Positions 51,790-62,628 of a DNA stretch of 64,000 bases are shown one piece after another. Numbering within the stretch: position 1 is the first letter of the stretch; every line of letters begins with the position of its first letter. The notes under the pieces are model-generated. The model ran no database searches. It was not told the DNA's origin and worked only from the letters and a program-made list of their open reading frames with translations. The stretch is from positions 19,034,001 through 19,098,000 of the forward strand of contig JBHGNT010000011.1 in assembly GCA_043228905.1 (NCBI GenBank), written 5' to 3'. Origin of the DNA: Azolla caroliniana (lineage: Eukaryota; Plantae; Polypodiophyta). The translations under genes and the position numbers were made by a program.

Positions 51790-52790
51790 GAGTGGCACAA
51801 GAAGAGAATTTCACTTAGATAATATTCCTATTGGAAATGTGAACTTAAATTTTATTTCCACTCCCAATAACTCCAATATGTCATTGAGCAAGGTGATGAA
51901 TAAATGCAAGGGAATGTTTGAAAATGGTGATATTCCAAATGCTTAAATAATAGAGTTAATTGAACCAAAAGTTTGGGTGAAAGATTAGTTATGATGATGC
52001 TCTAAGTAGCAAAAGTAGAGAAACTCAATAGACATAATTATCCCTCTTGGAAACGTTAAATTTTATTTACACTAGCAATATTTCTGGGATATTGTCAAGA
52101 AACGTGATGAATTGGTGGAAGACAATGTTTGAAAAGTGTGATAGTCCAAATGTTTAAATATCAAAGTTGTTTAAAGTTGAATCAAATGTTTGGTTAACGA
52201 ATTATTGTGATGTTGCGGTAATTATTTTTGTTAAACATGCACCACAATAATATGTATATATGTGAGAAATGGATCTGACATTGGCAAGGAAAGTTCAACT
52301 CAAAGCACAAATGCAAGGTTTAATAACATAGAAATGTATGACTCTCTTAGATTGCATCACAAAATTAAGAATGATCATGGATGATTTGAGAATATTTTAT
52401 CAACAATTGGTTCTTATGTGTCTGATGGTGATGAATGTGTGGGATTTTGTTTACAAACATTTTCAAGGAATTATGATGTATATTCAAACTTTGATGCATG
52501 TGGATACTATTTCACTGTTTGACCATTTAACTTTGAAGTTATTGCAAGAAGAACAAAATAACATATCTATCTCGCATATTCATGATGATTGGAGTGAAAG
52601 TAATGCAAATTACTCAAAACAAGAAACATGCCAAAGAATCGCAACTTAGATGTGACACTAGATCAAATCAAAGAAGAAGTTTGCATTTCCAATTAGAACT
52701 CATGCCAAAATACCAAGATTGTGATGCTAACTTTGTTAGAGGTCGAGGTGGAAAATATGATCGAGAATGCAAACAATGGAATGAACAGAG
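51790..52790 (+). mobile_element. Old decayed Ty1/copia gag relic with an internally duplicated N-terminal segment
   Basis: Two related ~200-bp segments (~51820-52000 and ~52035-52220) with NY.(S/Y)WK-like reading, then gag-like ...FDHLTLKLLQEEQ..; many stops. Confidence 0.5.
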
Positions 52791-53005
52791 AGATTAGACA
52801 TGAATGGCGCAGGAGCAGACCATGCGGGAGCAGACCATGGCACAGGAGCATACCATGGCGTGAGGAGAAACTGACGAGCAGCCCCACAAAAGAGAGAGCG
52901 CAGGAGGGAGTTTCGGCCGCTCATCAACGACTAGTAGTTGTTCTGTGGCCGCCGCTTCGGCACACTTGTTGTCAGGTACCCACCGCAATACCTCCCCCCA
53001 AAAAA

Positions 53006-53731
53006 TGTTGAACACAGTGCTCGGCCACAACCGAGGAATAGGATCAACTCTAGAAAATAGGAAATACAAAAAAATACACGAAGACAACAGAGAGAAAGGT
53101 ACACTGGATGTTTTACGTGGAAAACCCTAAATGGGAAAAACCACGGGAGTCCTCAAACTCCAACTATCACTATAAACAGAGATGTACACTGGTGAAGCTA
53201 CAAGGCAACAACCTTGAGCTCACTGTCTTCGCCACAGGCGGCGGTAATACACAGAGGCAACGACCTCTTCGTCTCTCTCTCTCTCACTCTCTCTCTCGGC
53301 TGCTCTCACTTCGCTCCCTCTAAGTGAAAACAGAAAAATGAGCAACAACAACAAACTGTTTGCCCTAAGTCATATTTATACACATATGACTTTCGGGCTA
53401 TTTACAAATATAGCCTCAAGGGCCCTTGGCAAACATATTTATAAATATGTCCCCGCATCCGGATCTCTCTTCGGGTACATTCGTCATCCGGCTCCGTAGC
53501 CGGGGTCTTCATCATCCGGCTCCGTAGCCGGGGTCTTCGGCATCCGGCTCCGTAGCCGGGGTCTTCATCATCCGGATCCGTAGCCGGGGTCTTCATCATC
53601 CGTATCCGTAGCCGGGTACTCTTCATCCGGCTTCATGCCGGGTACTCTTCATAATCCGGTTCCGTAACCGCAACCGGGCTTGCCGTCATTCATCTCCGGA
53701 CATCCCATCCGGAGGGACCGAAATCCCAACA
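53006..53731 (-). repeat. Outer element 3' LTR (726 bp)
   Basis: Begins TGTTG, ends CCCAACA, and matches 63361-64000 at a constant offset of 10355. Confidence 0.96.
53486..53670. repeat. ~25-28-bp tandem repeats (about 6-7 units) in U3 of the outer LTR; second copy at ~63841-64000
   Basis: Unit ATCCGGCTCCGTAGCCGGGGTCTTCATC, containing the hairpin CCGGCT-CCGT-AGCCGG. Confidence 0.92.
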
Positions 53732-53741
53732 AACTCCCCCT

Positions 53742-56700
53742 TCACTTCGGCATGGGATGTCTCTCCAATCCGATCCTCTTCCGGCATGCTTCCAGCTTGT
53801 CGGGTGTGAGCACCTTGGTCAGCATATCCGACCCGTTCTCGTCCGTGTGGATCTTCGTCAGCACGAACTCCTGGTCTTCTATCCTTTCCCGGATCCAGTG
53901 ATATCTTCGCTGGATGTGCTTCGTCCGGGAGTGATAGGCCGCATTCTTCGCAAGGTGGATGGCACTCTGACTATCGCAGTAGAGCCGGTACTCCTCCTGC
54001 CGGATACCGAGCTCTCTAATGAAGTCCTTCATCCATATTATTTCCTTGCCGGCTTCAACAGCCGCCATGTACTCCGCCTCCGTGGTTGACAATGCAACTG
54101 TCTTCTGCAATCTCGACTGCCACGAAACGGCTCCCCCTGCATATGTCATTACATACCCTGATGTAGACCGGCTGGTATCCGCATCAGCCGACATGTCCGA
54201 ATCGGTAAATCCATCGAGTTCGGGCTTACCGGAGCCGAATCGGAGGCACATGTTCGAAGTGCCCTTTAAGTATCGGAGTATCCACTTGACCGCGTTCCAG
54301 TGCTCCTTGCCGGGATTACTCATATACCGGCTCACCACTCCGACTGCGTATCCAATGTCCGGTCGGGTACACACCATTGCGTACATCAAGCTCCCGACGG
54401 CAGAGGCATATGGTATCTTCATCATATCCTCCTTTTCAACTTTTGTCTTGGGACTTTGCTTGCCGGATAACTTGCAGTTTGCCGGGAGGGTCGACCCGAC
54501 CGGTCTTGCTTCCGACATGTTGAACCGGTGAAGCACCTTTGTCACGTACTTCTCCTGTGACAGCCACAACTGCTTCTTCTTCCGGTCCCGGATGATGTGC
54601 ATCCCTAGTATTTGCCTCGCCGGACCCAGGTCCTTCATTGAGAAAGTTCGGTGAAGCGCTTTCTTCAGCATCCGTATCTTGGCATGGTCCCGTCCGACGA
54701 TCAACATGTCGTCCACGTACAGGAGGAGTATTAGAAAGTCTCCTCCTTCGAACTTCTTCACAAACACGCAGTGATCGGACTGCGTTTTGTGGTACCCTTC
54801 GTCGGTCATGAAAGAGTTGAACTTCCGGTACCATTGTCGGGGAGCCTGCTTCAGTCCGTAAAGGCTCTTCTTCAACCGGCATACCAAGTGCTCCTTCCCT
54901 TTCTTCTCGAATCCTTCCGGTTGCTGCATGTAGATCTCTTCTTCGAGGTCACCGTGAAGGAATGCCGTCTTCACGTCCATCTGTTCTACCTCGAGGTCCA
55001 TGCTTGCCGCTATGCTCAGCACCGTCCGGATGGAGGTCATCTTCACTACCGGGGCAAATATCTCGTCGAAGTCGACGCCCTTCTTCTGCTGGAACCCCTT
55101 CACCACGATCCTGGCTTTGTATCTCGGGGGTTTTCCGGCATCTCCCGGTTTCAGCTTGAACACCCACTTGTTTCGAAGTGCCCGCTTTCCTTTCGGCAAC
55201 TCCACAAGTTCATATGTGTGGTTCTCATGCAGGGAATCCATCTCCTCCTGCATGGCACTTAACCACCTGCGGCTATGTGTGTCAAGCTTTGCTTCTTCAA
55301 AACTCTCCGGCTCCCCCTCGTCGGTTAGCAGCACGTGCTCTGGTTCCGGAAATCTCCGGGGGGCCCTTCTCTCTCTTAGAGGATATCTCCGCTCCGGAGC
55401 TTCGGTAACCGGCTCCTCCGTTTCCTCTTCATCCGAATCCATTTCGGGATCGGGGCCGGTTCCGGTATCAGTTTCATCTTCCTCGGCCGGTTCTGTTTCT
55501 TCACCGTCTTCGGCCGGATCCTCGAGTGCTAACCGGTCCCTTGCCGGTCGGGACTGCTCTTCGTAGAGTTGATCCTCACCGGTCGACTTGGAGCTCTTCA
55601 TCTTCTTCTCCGACTCCCAGTCGGCGAGTGTCTTGTCCTCCATGAAGATGATATCTCGACTCCTGAATATCTTCTTGTCGACCGGGTCCCATATTCGGTA
55701 GCCGAACTCGTCGTCGCCGTAACCGAGGAATATGCATGGCCGGGTCTTTGGATCTAACTTTCCTCTCCGGTCCTTTGCCACATGCACATATGCGAGACAC
55801 CCGAACACCTTCAGATGCCGGTAGGACACTTCCTTACCGGTCCACACTTTCTGCGGCGTGTCTCCGTCCAAAGGTACTGAGGGTGATCTATTTATCACGT
55901 ATGTCGCCGTCGACATTGCCTCAGCCCAAAACCCCTTGGGTAATTTCGCATGCGCCAGCATACTCCGGACCCTCTCCATTATGGTCCGGTTCATCCTCTC
56001 GGCCAGCCCGTTCAGTTCCGGCGTCTTGGGCACAGTAAACTCGAGCCGGATTCCCTTCGAGCGACAGTACTCCTGGAACTGCCCCCGGTTTTCCCCTCCG
56101 TTATCCGCTCGTATCGCTTTCAGCTTCTTGCCGGATTCCCTTTCCACTCTCGCATGGAGTTCTTTGAAGACGGACAATACTTGGTCCTTTGTCTTTAACG
56201 GTGCCGTCCACAGCTTCCGGCTGTGGTCATCAATGAATGTCACGAAGTACTGGGCTCCGCCATGCGACTTCGTTTCTACTTGACACACGTCAGTGTGCAC
56301 CAACTCCAATGGTGCGCTACGTCTCGTCGGTGGCCTTGAGTGGAAGGAGGTTCGGTTCTGCTTACCGGCCAGGCAATCGGTGCACTTCTCCAGGTGCACA
56401 TGCTTCACTGGAATAAGGTTGTCTTCTGCAAGCCTCTTCATCCCCTTCTCACTCATGTGGCACAGTCTCTTGTGCCACAGCTCACCGGCAGTGTCGGCTG
56501 CCACGTTCAGCTCCTCCGGACATAGCCGGGAATTCATCAGGTACAGTGTGTTGACTTTCCGGGCTCGAGCCACTATCAGGCTCCCCTTGCTGAACTTCAT
56601 TACGCCGTTCCGGATGCTACCCGTGTAGCCTTCATCGTCTAGCCTCCCGGCCGAAATCAGGTTCAATCGAACCTCCGGAACGTGTCGGACATCCTTCAGC

Positions 56701-57300
56701 AGCATCTTGCATCCGGTTGATGTCATCAGCCACACGTCTCCTATGCCGGCAATCCGGCATGTACCTTCATTTCCCATCCGGACACAGCCGTGCTCACCGG
56801 CTGTGTAGGATGAGAAGTATTTCTTCTCCGGGGTCAGGTGGAACGACGCTCCGGAATCGACCACCCAGGTCATCTCTTCACCGGCAAGGTTCAGGTCCCT
56901 CTCTTCGGTAATGAGCATTATCTCTTCTTCACTTGCCACGAGTGCCGTCGTTCCTTTCCGGTCCTGCCCTCGCCGATCCGGACCTCTCCGGTCCGCGGCT
57001 CCCCGGTATGCACCGTTTCGCTCCGGTGACTTCTTCGAATCAGTGCCGTCGGTTCCGTTGTCTTTCCGGAAATGCCGACAGTTCTTCTGGAAGTGCCCCG
57101 GCTTCCCACAGTAGAAGCATGTAGGTCTTCCCCTCGACTGCGACCGTGTCCCCGACTTCTCCCGTCTTTGCGGACTTCGGTTCCGTTGTCTTCCCCGTTC
57201 CGATTCGGTAAGCAGCGCCTTCGAGTCGGAGGCCGTTTCTTTATCTCTCCGACGCGCTTCTTCATTTAGAATACTTGTCTTTACCGTTAGTAAAGACAAG
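53742..57300 (-). CDS. Outer copia polyprotein, 3' part (gag C-terminus, zinc knuckle, PR, IN, RT, RNase H)
   Basis: CFYCGKPGHFQKNC, WVVDSGAS, HKRLCH..CTDC, DVC/DNGGE/NGLAER, YVDD and TDSD..TTEAEY..SDMLTK; no stops. Confidence 0.95.
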
Positions 57301-57305
57301 TTCTC

Positions 57306-57391
57306 TGTTGGGAAACAAGGTCGTCTATGCGGAAGATCAAGAAGCATTCGATTGCTGTTGAGTACCTGCGTATGACAGTTTGTAGGTCGTT

Positions 57392-57432
<41 letters not shown>

Positions 57433-60400
57433 CACAAAAGACTTTCTTATTCCACAAAGCAATAATACAACACCCAACCTTACAAAAGGGTTACAAGGTC
57501 ACTATATATAGTGACTGACTTAGGGCAACTACCCTTTATGATAATTACACAAATGCACCAAACTTGGGCTATAGAAAGGGATAGTGTGAATACGTCCATT
57601 ATACACTTGTATTCGACACTCCCCCGTAATGGGCGTATACATGGGTTATCTAAGATTACAGGTATAGACTTAGGTTCTCGGACATATCAGCTTTGTTCGG
57701 GTCGGCAGGGTCCGAAGGTAGAAGACCGAACTGGTCGGGTCGGAACAGTTGAAGCCGATCATTAAGGAACTGATGTCGGTTGTCGGGAACCATCCTGCTC
57801 TGTGTCCGGCTCTAACCGGACTGGTTTGTCGTTACGCCCATCTGATGCCGAAGAGACCGAAAACGGTCTGCCGAAAGACACTTGGTCATTCCATCTGCGA
57901 CATTGTCGGTTGTGGATATTTTCTCTAGACCGATTTTCCCTGAAATGACGCAGTCCCGAACGAAGTGATATCGAACGTCGATATGTTTGGAGGCGTTGTG
58001 GTGAACCGGATTTTTCGACAGGGCAACAGCACCTTGACTGTCGCTGTAGACAACTGGAGCTGAGTCATGGTCGACTTGTCGAAACGTGTGCGCCAGCCGA
58101 CCGAGCCACAAAGCTTCTTTTGCTGCGTCGGACGCAGCTACATATTCTGCTTCGGTCGTTGAGGTCGCTGTGCACTCCTGAAGTTTCGACTTCCACGAGA
58201 TTGCTCCATTGCCGAATTTGAAGCAGTATCCGGTTGTTGATTTCCGACTGTCTATACAGCCGGCGAAATCCGAGTCGGTGTAACCGACTACGCCTGAGGT
58301 TCGGTTCGGACCGAAAAGAATGTCGTGGTCTTTTGTGCCAGCCAGATATCTGAACACATGCTTGACTGCGTTCCAATGCGATCGGCCAGGATTGTGCATA
58401 AATCTGCTAACGACTCCTACGGCGTGAGAAATATCAGGCCGTGTCGCGACCATCAGGTACATAAGGGAGCCGACTGCCGGTGCATACGGTACCGACTTCA
58501 TATCTTCCCCCTCCGGACCGGATGTCGGGCAGTCTCGCTGAGAGAGCCGAAGATTCATGGGGAGCGGGGTTGAAGCAGATTTGGCTGATTGCATGTTGAA
58601 GCGTTCCAAGACACGTCCGATATAGTCGGTCTGAGACAAAAAAAGATGTCGTTTATCGCGATGCCGACTAATTTTCATGCCAAGGATGTGTCGTGCCGGA
58701 CCGAGGTCCTTCATGGCAAACTTCAACCGCAGTTGCCGAACGAGATCGGCAAGTTCGCCCGCGTGGCGTCCAGAAATGAGCATGTCGTCCACGTAAATGA
58801 TGAGGAAGATGGGTGAGCCATCTTGAGCTGTGTTGGTAAAGAGACAATGGTCCTCATCGCTTTTTGAGAAGCCGATCGATTGGATGAAGTCGTCGAACTT
58901 CTTGTACCATTGTCGCGGTGCCTGTTTGAGGCCGTATAGACTCTTCCTGAGTCGGCAGACTAGATGTTCTTGGCCAGTCGCCACGAAGCCTTTTGGCTGC
59001 TCCATATAAATTTCCTCGTCAAGATCACCATGGAGGAAGGCTGTTTTGACATCTAGCTGAATCAGCTCCAAGTTGTCGGCTGCCACTACGCCGAGTAGGA
59101 AACGAAGGGTTGTCATTTTCACCACTGGTGAAAAAATCTCGTCGAAGTCGACGCCATATTCTTGTCGGAAGCCCTTCGCAACTAATCTGGCCTTGTACTT
59201 TGGGTTGGTCGAATCAGACGTCTCTTTTAGTCGATAAACCCACTTGCAAGGAAGAGCACGTCGGTTCCTAGGTAATTCAACCAGATCCCAAGTCTTGTTT
59301 GCCCGAATGGAGTGCATTTCCGACTCCATCGCCAGATGCCAGGTGGCTGAATCGACAGATGTCGATGCTTCTTCGTAAGACGTCGGTTCGCCGGCGTCGG
59401 TGAAGAAAATTCCAGGAGAATACCTCTCCGGAGGTTGCGACAGTCTCTCGGATCGGCGAGGTAAGATTGGACTGGTCGCATCGGGTATCAAGGTCGGATG
59501 GTCCGAAAGCGGATTGTTCTGCTGTGCCGAGTCGGGGTTGTCCGAGTCGGTAGTGTAAGGTTCAGCTACCCGTGAAGCTGACCGTGTGTTGAGAGCGGGG
59601 CCTTCTTGAAGGGTCGGCACATCGGAAAATGTTACCCTTCGGACTTCGATCGGTTTTTCGACTGATGGATTCATAGCCGACTCGTTGAACACAACGTCCG
59701 AACTTCCAACGATTTGTCTGCGTTCGGGGTCCCAAAGTCGGTATCCCATTTCGCCGTCGGATCCATATCCAAGGAAAATGCATTTCCTGGACCGAGGTGC
59801 AAGTTTTCGGCGATCATCTTTCGGAATAAGGGCGTACGCCTCGCATCCGAAGATCCTCAGCTTGTCGTAATTCGGCTTACTGCCGATCCATAGTTCCTGA
59901 GGAATTTGAAGTCCTAGAGGTCTACTTGGCGACATATTGATTATGTGTACTGCCGTGAGTAGAGCCTTTGCCCAGAAGCCATCCGACAGTCCGGAGTGTT
60001 GGAGCATGGAAACTGTCCGTTCTTGGATTGTCCGATTCATTCGTTCTGCAATCCCGTTTTGCTCCGGACTGTGTGGTGCCGTAAATTCACGTCGGATGCC
60101 GCGTTGTCGGCAGAATTTGACGAATTCTTCGGATTTAAACTCTCCCCCATTGTCTGTCCGAAAGCATTTCAGCTTTCGGTCGGTTTGATTTTCTACCATA
60201 ACGAGCCAATCGGTGAAGATCGAGAAGACCCGATCTTTGGTGCGAATTGGATAAGCCCACACCTTTCGAGTCGAGTCGTCAATAAAAGTGACGAAGTAAG
60301 AGGCACCGCCGAGAGACTGATGCGGCATTGGGCCACAGACGTCCGAGTGGACCAAATCGAGAGGTCTCGTTTCTCTTGGTGCTGATGTCGGGTGTGATGC

Positions 60401-62583
60401 GGCTGCTTGTTTGCCATACTGGCAATGCTCGCAAAATTGATGGTCGGAGAAGGAGAGTTTGGGGATGTATCCGGCTCTAGATAGGTGCGTGATGCCGGCC
60501 TTGCTGAGGTGTCCTAATCTTCGGTGCCATAGTGATGACACAGGAATATCCACCAAAAACAGGTTACCCTCTCTGAGCGTAACATGTAACGGATACAGGG
60601 AGTGTATCTTGGGTCCTCTAGCAAGCAGGAGGTTCCCCCTGTGGAGTGTCCACCCTCCCGAAGAAAAACCGGCACGAATGCCGTCTTCATCTAGTTGTCC
60701 GACTGAGATCAATGGCCTTGAGAGCTCGGGTACATGTCGGACATTGTGGAGTACAAGTGTAGAGCCACCTGCAAGGTTGAGCTCTACTGTGCCGATTCCG
60801 ATGATGTCACAGTGTTGTGAGTTGCCGACTCGAACTGAGTCGGAGTGACGGATCGTATATTGCCGGAATTGGGATCGATGAGGAGTCACGTGAAATGACG
60901 CGCCCGAATCTAAGAGCCATGTGCTCGATTCTTCAGTCGTGAGTAGAACTTCTGATCCGACTGGATTTTCGATTGATAGTATATTCGGGTCGTCCGGTAG
61001 TACATCAGCTGAGAAGCTGACGTAATTGATCTCCTCATGCCGGCCACTCTTCTTGTTGTTCTTGTTCTTGAGTGCGCGGCAGTCTGCTTTGATGTGTCCG
61101 GGTTTCTTGCAATAGTTGCAGATTCGGTTATCCCGTGACTGGCTCCGTCTTCGCTGATTGTTCGGCGGTCGTGAGGAATCTCTTCCTCGTATGTTCGATC
61201 GGTCTGTCGAACCTTGTACTACGTAAGCGTCGTCTGTTGAGTCTTTGGCGAAAGACTTTCTCCGAGCTGCTTCGGTCAGGATTGCGCTCGTGACTTCAGA
61301 GTATTTAACAGCCGTGGTTGACGCGTTGCACACGGTTGTGACGAAAGTTTCCCATGATGAGGGAAGGCTGCTCATGAGTATCATTGCTCTGAGTTCATCC
61401 TCGATTGCCGTCCCCTGTGACGAGATTTGGGAGCTTATGCTTTCGTACTCATTGAGGTGTGCTTGAACCGAATCGGATTCTTTCATCCGCAAGTTGTAGA
61501 GGCGCCGGATCAGAAACATCTTCGTTGCGGCGACCTTCTTTTCGTAAGTGTCCGACAGTGTTTTCCACAGTTCGAATGTTGTCGTACACGATTGCACCGT
61601 AAAGTATACCGATTCCGATAGGTGCATCCGAATCGTGGCGCGGACAATTCTGTCCAGCTTCTGCCACTCAATTGGTTTGTATCCTTCTGGAGGTTCTTCA
61701 TTTTCGATGGGATCGATTTGCCCCTTGACTATGAGATAGTCCTGCATTTGTTCCTTCCAGAAGTTGAAGTTCGATCCATCGAACTTACGTAGACTCATTT
61801 CTGACGAGCCGGATGTTGATGCCATCAAGTTCGGTTTTGGTTGACGAAGCTCGGTTCGGAGTTGACTACGAACCTTGTTGGAGTGCAGCCAGTTGGCTCA
61901 CCCGATATCGTTCTAGTCGGATTTGAACCCGAGTCGGTTCGGCTTCGGAACTTGCTCGAATTGACTCCGGTAACTTGAGGGACAGAACCGACTGGTCTTC
62001 CCGAATGTTGCCGAGTCGGAGTGAGCCCGGTTCGCTTCGGATATATATGCCGAATACCGATTATTGAAACCGATTATCTGGACCGATTCTGCTTCGGGTG
62101 GCTGCAGCGACGAGAGAGACAGATTCAACTGATCCTCCCGAATGTCGATCAACCGGATGAAGCGCGAATTGGGGTTGTTGTCTTGAGACCGATCTGCACC
62201 GAGTGGTTACAATGAGCGGCGAGCAGCGTTTGATGACCTCTTCGGATGCCGTTTAACCGAATGGAGCATGATCGTGTCAAAGTTGCACAAGGGGATTTCA
62301 CCTCGAGCGGTTACGATCACAAGGAACGGAGTACAACCTGCAGGCTTACTCCAAACAAAGATGATCTAACGCGATGAGATGCAGGCCTCGTTTTTCTTCT
62401 TCTTCTCTCTTCTTCGAATGACGCAGGAAACCGAATGCTGAGACGACGGCCGACAGCGGATTGAAGGACCGACTACTGTGCAGGCTCTGATACCAGATGT
62501 TGGGAAACAAGGTCGTCTATGCGGAAGATCAAGAAGCATTCGATTGCTGTTGAGTACCTGCGTATGACAGTTTGTAGGTCGTT

Positions 62584-62628
<45 letters not shown>

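Noticed and set aside
53486-53670. CRISPR-like array of 28-bp palindromic repeats
   Set aside because: The units are head-to-tail with no unique spacers, lie inside both LTRs of a eukaryotic retrotransposon, and have no cas genes nearby.
57626-57811. env-like extra ORF after the inner pol
   Set aside because: Only ~190 bp separate the stop codon and the PPT, leaving no room for such an ORF.
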